A DNA stretch of 64,000 bases from Aplysia californica (taxonomy: Eukaryota), in the NCBI RefSeq assembly GCF_000002075.1, contig NW_004797339.1, positions 931,558 to 995,557 on the forward strand, written 5' to 3'. Below the pieces are notes generated by a model. It did no database searches. It worked only from the letters and a program-made list of their open reading frames with translations, and was not told the DNA's origin. Below are positions 37,601 through 47,255 of the stretch, one piece after another. Numbering within the stretch: the first letter of the stretch is position 1; every line of letters begins with the position of its first letter. A program made the position numbers and the translations under genes.

Positions 37601-40600
37601 CCGCACGTCCTCCCGTTCTTGGCTCGCAATGGAAACACCATAATATTCCAACAGGACAATGCTCCAGCTCACCGGGCCCACCTAACCACAAACGTTTTGA
37701 AAATCAACAATGTGAATGTTCTCAATCCATGGCCGGCTTTGAGTCCCGATCAGAACCCCATCGAACATCTTTGGGATATGATGAAAAGGCAGCTCAGAGC
37801 CCTTAGACCTCAGCCGGTCACCTTGGATCAGCTACGTACAGCACTTACAAACATATGGAACAACATTCCACAGCATCCCATACAAAGACTTGTGGGAAGC
37901 ATGCGGCAGAGGTGCACAGAAGTCGCCAATGCCCACGGCGGCTATACGCAGTATTAACTGTGACTTTTCATTTTAGGGCATACAATTAAAAGATCAAATT
38001 TCAAGTAATAAAGTTCATTTTTTTAAATTGTTTTTTGTGTAATTGATTTGTAAAATGTTCAAACTTTCCTTATATAGAGAGATTGTTTCTGGTTAAAATC
38101 AGTCTTTCAATACAAAAAACACTAAAAAAGGGGTGTCTGGTTTCTTTTGACGCCAAGTATTGTTACAAGATAATATTATGCTGAAAGCTGCAGCAATTGA
38201 AAAATATAGAGGCACATGCATTTCAGTCTTGACAATAAAAAGTAATCAGGTCAGTTGTTCTTCCTTTACTTTGGCAGTTTAAAAAGCTAATTTGAAAATC
38301 AAATGTTTTCAATCACTTTGTGAATCTATAACAGTTGATATTAAGACAATATTCATGCCTATCATATCAATGAACTGATGAATAAGCACAATGTTAAAGC
38401 CAAAAACGTGATAAATAACAGCAGATTCTTAGGAACTAAAAAAAGTGTGAAGACACATTAATGGCTTAAATTGATCAAAGTTACACTTACCCAAAGCGAC
38501 TGAGTTCGGACTGAGACACTTTTTTGTTTGTGTAAAACAGATTAGATTTTTAAATCTGTAGCTTACCAATGTCAACAAATTTACTAAGGACTGACTGCAG
38601 ACCAAAGAAAATATCTTCCTTTTCAGTCAGTTCTGCAATGGCACCATGTCGAAGCACAATGGTTTCTTCATCTGAAAAGAAAGATAACAAAGAGGGAACT
38701 TAAATAAAGCAACATCAATCACAATAACTGTGCTTCTTGCAAAATAAAACTGAGTACACAATGTAACAAAAGAGAGTAAATGACCTTTCAACTTTCTGTT
38801 TAAATTGATAACAGACTAAGTGTGAAAAGTACAATGCTTTTAGTTAAATATCATTTGGTGAAATGGTGAAATGGTATAGGTTCAACGCCCCTATCAACAC
38901 TATTAGGTTATTTAAGAGGCGGGGCCTCCGAGTTTAACGTCCATCTCCGAAAGGACGGAGCCAAATGGGAAATTCGTGTAAAGTGCCTTTCCCAAGGACA
39001 CAACGTTGGACTGAGCTGAGGCTCGAACCCCTGAATCCGCAATCTCACGATTACGAGTCCGGTAGCCTAACCACTAGGCTACCGACGCCACCAAATACCA
39101 TGTGAATAGCTGCATCTTTACATGTTCCTCAAAAAAAGACACAGCAGTTTGAAATCGTAAATTCGTAGCACGTTTTATCTTGTATAAACCATTATGCCCC
39201 GCGTCCACTGCGCTTTTTCATCACTTACAGGCCAAGCTCACAGGCAAATGAGCTTGTTTTTGCAGTCACTCACAGCCTTTGCCTGACTACGTCATTTTCT
39301 TGGCACCCTTTTTCCTCAGCCGTACAGGTGACTAAGAAAGCCTCGATTCGACTCATTTGGGAAGGAAATTTGCATCTTTAAAAGTACATTTTTGCTTCTT
39401 CATGGCACTTTACATGATCAATAAAGTTGCATCTCACTATAATAGGTTGTACAATAGCAGATTTGTGCTGAAAAACAGCAAAAAATGATATTAAAGCACT
39501 TGACCTAGATCTAGATTATTTCGTTCTCTGGAGAGCTAAAAATAGGCTATGTTAGACCTAACTAAGGACGTCGTCTAGATCTCTGTTCTCTAATGTTTAG
39601 TGCTTCCAATTTTCCACAAATTTTTTGTTTTCTCCAGACCTTATCTGCCGATCCAATATTTGCCGCTTCATTGATACCCCCTCCCCCCCCTCCCATGTTT
39701 CCAACATTTTCACCGTCTTCGTTGTAAAAAGAATAGATCTAGTATCTAGAGTCAAGATCTAGAATCTAGATCTAGATCTAGGCCTAGATCTGATCTACAT
39801 CTCGACATATGTTGCTTTGCCTTTCCTGAAACAGTGCTGTATATGAAGCTTAATCTACCCTACGCTGTCGAAAGTTCTGATGGCCGAGTGAACAGCGTGT
39901 CTGAGTTTGAAGACAAACATAATTTTGTGAGCGTGGGTTTGAATCCCAGTTCCAGTTTTTCGTTTTGTTTGTTTTTTTCTTCTTCTCATCCTAGAAACTT
40001 ACCAACAATTTTACCCATAATTATAATTTGTTGCTTTTTAGTTTTTTAAAGAAGTAAATAAATCAATCAATCCCCAGTGCTATCTGTTGTTCTCGTAATC
40101 ATAACACACTGGGCTAAAAATAGGTTTAGCTGGTCTGACATCGGTGGACACGGATCTTATTGAGTCGGTTCTACACCATGCAAAAACTTCGTACATTAGC
40201 CTGGCCTGGAGGTGATCTTATTTTGGTGGACGCGTAGCCTTACTGTGAAAAAAGAATAAGAGCAATTTGAAGATAATATTATCCCATGAAGTCTTACGCC
40301 ATTTTAAAATTTCACATGTCTCCTCAAACAGGCATTCAGCATTTATTTCCAAAACAACTTGGTTGGTTTTAGTAGAGGTTTTACGGCGCTCGCAACTGCA
40401 TAAGGTCAAATGAGCGCCAGAAGATTAGAGGTGTTACAAGAGAGTAACAAACATAAAAAAGAACAAGGGGAGATAAGGATGATAGATGTTTGATAGGAAA
40501 GGAGCAAACCACACCAGAGCACCCGCAAACCACCCATCCAAAACAACTTGAAAATTTAACTGAGAACCATTTGTGGAGAGAAAATAATGATGGACACTTG

Positions 40601-43600
40601 CATAGAATGAATGAAGATGCCAATTAATAATTACGATTTCATGGTTCCAATGTTTAGGCCCATAATTTGTAAACCCAGTGACTGTGAGAATGTATGAGTT
40701 AAAATAGCAACAAAGCCGATCACAAAAAATTAAAACACTTCTTTTCAGGGAGCACTTTAAACTAACAAAAGGCATGAAACATCAGTCTCATTACAAGATG
40801 GTTGAAGAACTTCACATCATTATCAGACAAAATTCTGCAAAATTACAAGCCACACTACTAGGTGGCAACAAGAAATAACACATCATAAACTAACAAAACT
40901 TTCTGCATTTCAAGCATCATCACTAGCTGGCAGCAAGGCCTAATGTCATAATCGAACAAAACTTTTTAAAGTTGGGCTATACCACTAGGCGGCTGTAAGA
41001 TATTTGACCTCAGAAGCCTTCCCCCTCCAGCAGTCTTAGTGTAGTTGAGAATACCGAAGAGACTGTGCTGGCTTATGGGATCTCTCAGGTTTTGAAGGAG
41101 CTCCAAGTTTTTCACTGTTGCCGAATCTGTAGGAGAGGCCTCTATTGTATTAGTTCCTTTTTAAGCGGCTCCAATTTTTTTCAACAACTTAGAACATAAA
41201 ACTACTGTGAGCTTGTTTTTTTAATCTGTCCTCAGAGAAATTTGCGCTCGCAACCCGCAACTTGCGCACGCAACTTTTGCCCCCAGCGCAACTTTTGCCA
41301 TTTTCACGAAATCGTGAGTTTCAGCCAATTTTCCACGAAAGTTGGGGGGGAAAAAATTTCGTTAAAAAAAAAAAAAATTTCTTCCACGACTAAAAATAAT
41401 GACGCCAAGGGGGACAATTCGCTCCTTTGCACTAGGCTACGGGGTGCCCGCCCAGTGCCCATTGTGGATGGGATCGGGACGGGTGAGGTCGGGTCGGGAT
41501 GATCACCCGACTCGTCGCTTGAAAACTACGTGTTTGTTTTTGAGGCAACGAGTCGGGTGCGATCAACTTGTGCCATGAGACTCGCTTTGCGCCATCAATC
41601 TGTCAAGCAAACCAACCCAACCCAACCCCCCAATAATCCTGTTTGGACTGAATCATCTTCAAGCTAAATCTAGATCTAAATGTAGATCTAGAGTAAATGA
41701 ATCATAAACACGATCGTGTGATTACTTAGCTTGCTTGGTTCCGTAGCACCAGGTGGATAGATCTAGTATAAAAATTTGTGAAAGACTTTTAATTTTAGTC
41801 TTAGGCTAGGAGGGTAGATCTAGACATGGATCGGTTCATCCAGAAAATCCCTAAAGAAATAATCTTACGCCTTGAAAGGGGTGTGTAAGAGAGAGAGAGG
41901 GAGAGAGGGACAGACAGACAGAGGGGGGGGGACTCCTGTAAATGAAAAGTATAAGAGAGGGGGGGGAGGGGAAGAGGGTCACGAACCAACGTAAGATTAC
42001 ACTTTTGAAAGGTGAAAAAATAACAAGGAAAATAATTTATGACAAGATAATTTTTTTTTTTAATAACAAAAAAAGAGTAACTATACTAATACTATTTACT
42101 TCGAGGGGTAAGCACGGCATTGTCGCGATACAGTAGGTCCTCGAGTGGCAAGCAGATATGCCATCTCGCACTTTATACACTGGTAGATATCTAGGCTACA
42201 TGACATGTAGATCTAGTCTAATTTTGATTACACCACTCACTACGGTTTAAGTGGTAAAATGACACTGCAAATTTTTCCGAAAAAGTTCCGCTTGTACCAT
42301 ATTTAATTATTATGTCACATGTGTGTAAGCATGTTTTTCATGATTACTATTATGTAAAAGTAAAGCGCTTAGAAGAGTGACTGGGGGCTCTCGTGGCCTA
42401 GAGGTTAAGGTGTTGGCCTCTCATTCAAAGGTCCCGGGTTCGAATCCGGGTAGCAACCAAAAAATGTTCTTCTCTAAATTTGTCTCCTTTCACTTCATTT
42501 CCTGCTCTCTAGCAATGTTCTGTCTGCTTTCGTTTCCTCTTTCTGCCCCCACCCCCTCACCTCCTTTGCCCCTTCCTCTGGGCTCCTGATTCTTTCTGCA
42601 GCCTTTCCACTGCTACTCCTTGGCTCCTTCTTACTGCTGTCTTTCAGCCACACCCCTGATCTTCTGATAGGAAAGATCGACACCTTGCCTTCTCGGACAA
42701 GGGCGAAAAATCTCGGAGGGCCTGTGTGCAAGTTGCGCACGTTAAAGATCCCTCGGTGGTCTAAAATCGATAAAAGTAGGCTTCAGCCGCCACCCGGGCA
42801 AAATTCAAAATTTCCCACCAACTGAAAATATTAGGAGTGTCCCGCGCGCTCATATGACCTTATGCAGTTGCGAGAGCCGTAAAACACTTTACAAAAACAA
42901 AAACAAAGAAGAGTGACTGTAATACAGATTTGCGCAATATAAATGTCATATTATTATTATAAGCGAATAATGTCAAATTAGGTGGGGGGTGGAAAGTGTA
43001 AGAAAAGTGTAAAAGGAGTCCGAAAGAAGATGTAAGATTATATTTGAACAGTCCCAAACCACGCTGGTCACACCTGCCCAACACGTCAGCGAGAGTTTAA
43101 GGACCTGACGCATACGTCAGAGGACAAATCGTTTTTGTACAACATGCAACCTCCATGCAGGTTTTTTTTATGGGTAGACATTCACATATTTAACTTTTGA
43201 TTTTGATCTAACAAAACTCATGTCGGTTACTTTGATTGCAATGAGCATACCAACAATGTACATATCCCAATAGTAACATGACATTCTTTTTGGCTATACA
43301 CGTCTTGCAACTTTTCTTGCAACTTTTGCTATTTTCAAATGCAACTTTCTCTGAGGACAGTTTAATGTGAAACAGAAAATAGAGACAAATGCATTAAAAA
43401 GAGTTGTTTTTATTAAGTAGTTATCAGACATGTTATTCTTTTCCACAAAATATACCTTGGTCAAATTATGGGTTTTGGCATATGTGGATGAAGAACTTGA
43501 AATGAAATATTCCATTTTTAAGATTGTTCAAAATTCCCAAAAACTTGAAATTCTCACCCTAAATCGGTTATAAATCATAAATTCCAAACCCTAGAAGGGA

Positions 43601-46600
43601 CTTGATCCAAAACCTTCATATTCCAAACCAAAGTAAATTCACAAGAACATGAAAGCTTCAAATAAAAAGTTAGGATCTTTCTTTTTCTTAGGTTCAAAAG
43701 TTGAATGCAGTACAAATACTTCCTTACCAATCATAGTAGAGTTCTCACATCCTTTGAACACAGCTTTCAAGGAATTTGGAGCAAACATGACATTCTGAAT
43801 GAATTCCATGTACTTCAGTAAGGCACCAGTGGTGGCTAAACAGTAGTATCTGATACAGACAAAAACATAAAAGCCATGAAATTGGGGACATTTGACATCT
43901 GTACACAATGACTTTAAAAAATGTTGGTCGATAATAAAATTATGCAATTTCCAACAACAAAAAATATGAATCAGTGCGAAATCTCTTTTATAAGATTTTG
44001 GCCCTTTGTGATATCAGAATGTACGACATCTCGTTTATAAAAGTTGGCTTTTTGCGATATGAAAATTATCATACGAGTAAAAGTTTACAACATTAGTAGT
44101 AAGCTCAGTTGTAGTTTGCAGCAATTTATATGGCAACAGGTACTTTTCATTAGGTAACAGATTGGATATTGAGAATACAGAAAAAGAAGAAGTTCTAAAC
44201 ATCCCCAAAGCCCTCACCACCACCCATTTGAAAAGTAAGACGAGAAAATAATTGCATAGTTATGATGTGCTGCGACCAGGAAATAACAGACACAGAGAAG
44301 TACACTGGTACGGCTGGCAACTGTTCTCACAATAAAATCAAAATGCTTCCGAATACTAGGAAAAACTCAAAAGTTACCAAGGATTCCAAATAAATATAGT
44401 ACTAACGGTCACATGAGACTTAATAAAGTGGAATCTACGACAACTCAACAATTTTCGGGTTATACCCCAACAACAAAAGTGAAATTAGAGTGAATCCAGA
44501 GGGTAATAAAATCTTTCTGACAAGAGCGTCTAATGCCCCCTGTTGCCATACATTCACAGTACCCACTTTGTTGAAATTTGAAGTTCAATATTTTTGTACT
44601 CAGTGGCACAAAGTTGCTTCACATACTGTAAACCTGCAAAAAGTAAGAGATACCTCTAAATGAGTGAAGTGAAACTTTTCATGTGCATGTTTGCNNNNNN
44701 NNNNNNNNNNNNNNNNNNNNNNNNNNNNNNNNNNNNNNNNNNNNNNNNNNNNNNNNNNNNNNNNNNNNNNNNNNNNNNNNNNNNNNNNNNNNNNNNNNNN
44801 NNNNNNNNNNNNNNNNNNNNNNNNNNNNNNNNNNNNNNNNNNNNNNNNNNNNNNNNNNNNNNNNNNNNNNNNNNNNNNNNNNNNNNNNNNNNNNNNNNNN
44901 NNNNNNNNNNNNNNNNNNNNNNNNNNNNNNNNGCGGGCAGACAGACAAGACAGATGGGCAGGCAGGCAGGCAAGATAAAGACATAATTTTAACACCAAGG
45001 TGATTTTTTTTTCAATATAACATCCAACTTCAGTTAGACAAAATCAAGCAGGCATAGAGTTATGAAAACTCTCGAAACCCAAGTTCAAGACCACACAGTA
45101 CAATATCAAGTTAAAAGTGGATACCTTAACTGACAGAGAAAAAATATCCGCCCAAAACGGAACTAAAAAAGTGTCTCACCAACATTGTAGAATCACACAT
45201 TAATTTCTGTGCGAAGCATGTTTACAATAGCAGTTTTACTGACTGGCAACAATGCCAAATTCAGAGACTGGCAGTCATGCTGGAGATAAAACCTTATTCT
45301 ATACTTCAAATTAAAAAAAAGAATATTTCAATATTTTCCAACTATTCTACTCGATGATACGAGCCAAGGTGTGCATGTACCAATAAAAGGATCTGACTGT
45401 GACATCTATTTACTATTTAGCCTTTTAAGATAACAGAAAAAGCAAAATTTAACATTGCTTAGAGATCATGTGGACCTGTATCATTCACAACACAGTTCAG
45501 TAACCCATAATAACATTATTTTTGCTTAATTTCAGTTAGAACTGCTCACCTTTAGTCTCACTGAAGTATCTTCTCTGTACAGATGATATAGTCACATTAG
45601 GAAACTGGCAAGTTATCAAGTTGAGCAATTTATTCTTGTCCCCAGCATCACATATCGTATTTGGCAAAAGAATCTGAAAAAAAAAAATTATGGACACCTA
45701 AATACAGTTGTTTTGACACTGCTCTTCATCTCAAGGGAAAGGACTTTTAAATACATGTAGTCATGAACATTAAAGCATTACCCCACAGGAGGAAGTGACA
45801 GCCAAAAGAAAAAAAACAAGCTATGTCTAGCTATTCAAAAGCAGTAAAAAATCTGTCCTGGTGTACAGAGTAGAGATGTGGATAGTAACCCCGGCAGGCA
45901 AAAAGAAGCTTCAAACCTTCACCAATGATACTTGAAACAGATTTTGAGCCTGAATTTGTCACCACCGAAAAACAGAAAGGCGGACAAAAAAGTGATACAT
46001 GGAAGACGGTGAAGGATTTGACACACATTAAGAAAATCAATAACAAGTACAACCAGAATAGCACTTAAATGACATCCCCAGGATCAAAAGAACAGAAAAA
46101 AGAGCCAAGAATGTAGTGAAAAGATGCCAAGGAACTGGGAAAATCATGGACTAACAGGAGGAAGCAGCACAAAATAGACATTTTTAGAGACAAATACAGG
46201 TGGTCTAAAGGAGTAAAGATTGTTCCAACAGAGCACTTATTTGAGAGACACTGTCTTTCCAGCAAGTATATAAAAAACATGGATAAAAATAAGACACATG
46301 CACAAACACAGAGACAAATCCATACCCACGACTACAAATAGCACACACACACAAGCAGAGCAGTAATTAAAACTTAAACCATTTCAAATATAAATGGGTA
46401 ACATAGAACCAAAAGACCATTAACCATTCTCTCACTTCCACCAAAGAATAAAAATTTGTATACATATTATGATATTGAATCTATACCACTGCAATAATTC
46501 ACCTCAACAGGATGTATATTCTGTAATTTCGCCAATGTCATGGAGTAGGTCTGACTGTCTGAGAACTGGGACAGGTTAAGGACAGGCTGGCTCAAATCTA

Positions 46601-47255
46601 AACTGGTCATGCCAATTTCACCACGAGCAACTCCACGACCTTCCACCACAGCTGAGAGAGAAAAGAAAACATAGTTAATACAGGAATCTTACCATAAGGT
46701 CACATTCATTTCCAACTCAACCTGGTCACGTCTAGATGTTTAAAGAAATTGAATATAAGTCTCACTCCGTTGATATTTTTTTAAAAACATTTCTGTGTTG
46801 GTCACATATACACAATGATATATAAAGGCCTACATATTTTATACATTTGACTGTCAAATCAATAGTCCTACAGCAGAGTAGTTTGCATATATTTCTAGAT
46901 CAAATAACGCTAAAAATGGAAAATATTCCGAACATTAACATAATCCTACAGAGATTGTTACCTGTGAACCAAACTATGTCGCATAAAATAGGTCAAAACA
47001 CTAAAAAATCACACTGATTTAAGTGGAAAAACAAATGTCAAATGTGACGACATGCCTACTAAAGTAGTGGAATTGACATCATTAGAGACAGAACTCGATG
47101 CTGTGCGAGGGGTGCTCGTCTTCTTTCGTCCTCGTGGAGTTCGAATACTTGAGGAACATGATTCAAGTAGAGAACTGGAGCTTATTTTTGATGATGTCCT
47201 GTTCTGTAGTTTTGGCGTGCAAAGGTTAGATTGCTGTTCCGTTCTGTCTGCTGAA
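9077..47255 (-). CDS. MSH4: MutS protein homolog 4, multi-exon (24 coding exons resolved, 5' end incomplete)
   Basis: Exons 47056-47255, 46503-46651, 45550-45673, 44567-44633, 43728-43849, 40983-41126, 38567-38671, 36011-36177, 29169-29288, 26605-26617, 24297-24350, 23189-23400, 21952-21964, 21237-21282, 18798-18922, 18175-18269, 17333-17380, 16184-16351, 15606-15678, 14914-14978, 14300-14370, 13518-13621, 10209-10297, 9077-9283 join in one frame. MSH4 motifs: [56 protein letters not shown]. Confidence 0.96.
10209..10297 (-). CDS. MSH4: MSH4 exon
   Basis: tag|(G)[29 protein letters not shown]|gtaagt. Confidence 0.92.
10539..10972. mobile_element. MITE with imperfect TIRs (possibly Sola-like)
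   Basis: GAGGCAGCGTGGTGAAATCAGGCG ... GTGCCTGATTCCACCGCGTCGTGACAC, flanked by ATAT on both sides. Confidence 0.55.
11386..13221 (-). mobile_element. 5'-truncated RTE-like LINE, frameshifted
   Basis: RT motifs [38 protein letters not shown]; (TGA)n tail; 13-bp TSD TGGAGGTTTGTAT at 11373-11385 and 13222-13234. Confidence 0.93.
13518..13621 (-). CDS. MSH4: MSH4 exon
   Basis: cag|[34 protein letters not shown](G)|gtatgt. Confidence 0.92.
14300..14370 (-). CDS. MSH4: MSH4 exon (THF motif)
   Basis: cag|[23 protein letters not shown](E)|gtaagc. Confidence 0.92.
14914..14978 (-). CDS. MSH4: MSH4 exon
   Basis: cag|(G)[21 protein letters not shown]|gtttga. Confidence 0.9.
15606..15678 (-). CDS. MSH4: MSH4 exon (Walker B)
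   Basis: cag|[24 protein letters not shown](G)|gtaatt. Confidence 0.95.
16184..16351 (-). CDS. MSH4: MSH4 exon (second half of Walker A)
   Basis: cag|[25 protein letters not shown]...SSTFTLE|gtattt. Confidence 0.95.
17333..17380 (-). CDS. MSH4: MSH4 exon (first half of Walker A)
   Basis: cag|[16 protein letters not shown]|gtaaga. Confidence 0.93.
18175..18269 (-). CDS. MSH4: MSH4 exon
   Basis: cag|(I)[31 protein letters not shown]|gtgagt. Confidence 0.95.
18798..18922 (-). CDS. MSH4: MSH4 exon
   Basis: cag|[41 protein letters not shown]|gtaagt. Confidence 0.93.
19440..19615 (+). mobile_element. Short LINE 3'-end remnant
   Basis: [14 protein letters not shown]-type C-terminus followed by a (GAA)n tail. 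Confidence 0.4.
20403..21105. mobile_element. hAT-like MITE
   Basis: TIR CTGTCCCC(G/A)TAG(A/G)ATTATGC; 8-bp TSD GCCTGATG at 20395-20402 and 21106-21113; ATTATGC subterminal repeats. Confidence 0.88.
21237..21282 (-). CDS. MSH4: MSH4 exon
   Basis: cag|(E)[14 protein letters not shown](F)|gtaagt. Confidence 0.88.
21952..21964 (-). CDS. MSH4: MSH4 13-nt microexon
   Basis: ttccccag|CTCCAGTTGAATG|gtatgt; encodes LQLN plus G and bridges phase 0 to phase 1. Confidence 0.8.
23189..23400 (-). CDS. MSH4: MSH4 exon
   Basis: cag|(S)[27 protein letters not shown]...[22 protein letters not shown]|gtgggt. Confidence 0.92.
24297..24350 (-). CDS. MSH4: MSH4 exon
   Basis: aag|(G)[17 protein letters not shown]|gtaagt. 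Confidence 0.92.
25130..25520 (+). mobile_element. Degenerate RTE-like LINE 3' remnant
   Basis: Fragments resembling [33 protein letters not shown] and [11 protein letters not shown], interrupted by another repeat. Confidence 0.5.
26605..26617 (-). CDS. MSH4: MSH4 13-nt microexon
   Basis: ctgtttgtccaaag|ACAAAAATAAATG|gtgagt; encodes TKIN plus G and bridges phase 0 to phase 1. Confidence 0.75.
27440..27981. repeat. About 177-bp degenerate tandem repeat (about 3 units) ending in a perfect 43-bp palindrome
   Basis: TTTTGAGACAATATTTGTCATA...AAATGAAACTT recurs near 27470, 27645 and 27830. Palindrome at 27939-27981. Confidence 0.7.
29169..29288 (-). CDS. MSH4: MSH4 exon
   Basis: cag|[40 protein letters not shown]|gtaggt. 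Confidence 0.93.
30714..31095 (+). mobile_element. RTE-like LINE 3' fragment nested in the hAT
   Basis: [26 protein letters not shown] motifs and a (GAT)n tail. Confidence 0.75.
31489..35396 (-). pseudogene. Intron-containing hAT transposase, defective
   Basis: BED finger CTIC...LVKHYKRVH (34989-35396), [10 protein letters not shown] (33850-34103), [15 protein letters not shown]...AAVVHPK, and hATC-type [11 protein letters not shown] with an in-frame TGA at 31630-31632. The first two catalytic Asp segments were not found. Confidence 0.85.
33430..33840 (+). mobile_element. RTE-like LINE 3' fragment nested in the hAT
   Basis: [24 protein letters not shown] and [11 protein letters not shown] motifs. 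Confidence 0.8.
36011..36177 (-). CDS. MSH4: MSH4 exon
   Basis: cag|(G)[39 protein letters not shown]...YYK|gtgcat. Confidence 0.93.
36647..38159 (+). mobile_element. Tc1-like transposon (1.5 kb)
   Basis: Imperfect TIRs of about 30 bp (..GCGTCAA.A.AAACCAGACAC..), TA at the left flank, near full-length transposase inside. Confidence 0.92.
36942..37957 (+). pseudogene. Tc1-family transposase with one frameshift; DD35E triad
   Basis: Paired-like [48 protein letters not shown]. Frameshift from the CTAGA duplication at 37270-37279. Confidence 0.9.
38567..38671 (-). CDS. MSH4: MSH4 exon
   Basis: cag|(D)[34 protein letters not shown](G)|gtaagc. Confidence 0.93.
38855..39092 (-). mobile_element. 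tRNA-derived SINE with CORE-like and Nin/Deu-like segments
   Basis: A box TAGCCTAGTGG, B box GGTTCGAGCC, GTTGTGTCCTTGGGAAAGGCACTT, CCGTCCTTTCGGAGATGGACGTTAAAC, (CCATTTCA)n tail, near-TSD AAATA(T/C)CAT. Confidence 0.8.
40983..41126 (-). CDS. MSH4: MSH4 exon
   Basis: cag|(D)[47 protein letters not shown]|gtatag. Confidence 0.95.
41226..43360. mobile_element. Non-autonomous DNA transposon (hAT-like, CTGTCC termini)
   Basis: TIR CTGTCCTCAGAGAAA(T/G)TTGC at both ends; GCAACTT subterminal repeats; TSD not clean. Confidence 0.8.
42383..42906 (+). mobile_element. Full-length tRNA-derived SINE (Nin/Deu-like domain), nested in a DNA transposon
   Basis: A box TGGCCTAGAGG, B box GGTTCGAATCC, GCACGTTAAAGATCCC motif, A-rich tail; TSD AGAAGAGTGACT at 42371-42382 and 42907-42918. 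Confidence 0.88.
43728..43849 (-). CDS. MSH4: MSH4 exon
   Basis: cag|[40 protein letters not shown]|gtaagg. Confidence 0.95.
44567..44633 (-). CDS. MSH4: MSH4 exon
   Basis: cag|(G)[21 protein letters not shown](K)|gtgggt. Confidence 0.9.
45550..45673 (-). CDS. MSH4: MSH4 exon
   Basis: cag|[41 protein letters not shown]|gtgagc. Confidence 0.93.
46503..46651 (-). CDS. MSH4: MSH4 exon
   Basis: cag|(A)[49 protein letters not shown]|gtgaat. Confidence 0.95.
47056..47255 (-). CDS. MSH4: MSH4 exon (S/T-rich disordered N-terminus), GC donor
   Basis: atcag|SADRTEQQ...[18 protein letters not shown]...STTLV|gcatgt. Confidence 0.75.

Noticed and set aside
42383-42458. tRNA gene
   Set aside because: A and B boxes are present, but the acceptor stem does not pair and the sequence runs on into a SINE body with a tail and TSD.
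9077-47255. Assignment as MSH2, MSH5 or bacterial MutS
   Set aside because: The AVVEGRG.ARGEIG, YYCLA and [13 protein letters not shown] motifs and the C-terminus match MSH4; spliceosomal introns rule out a bacterial gene.
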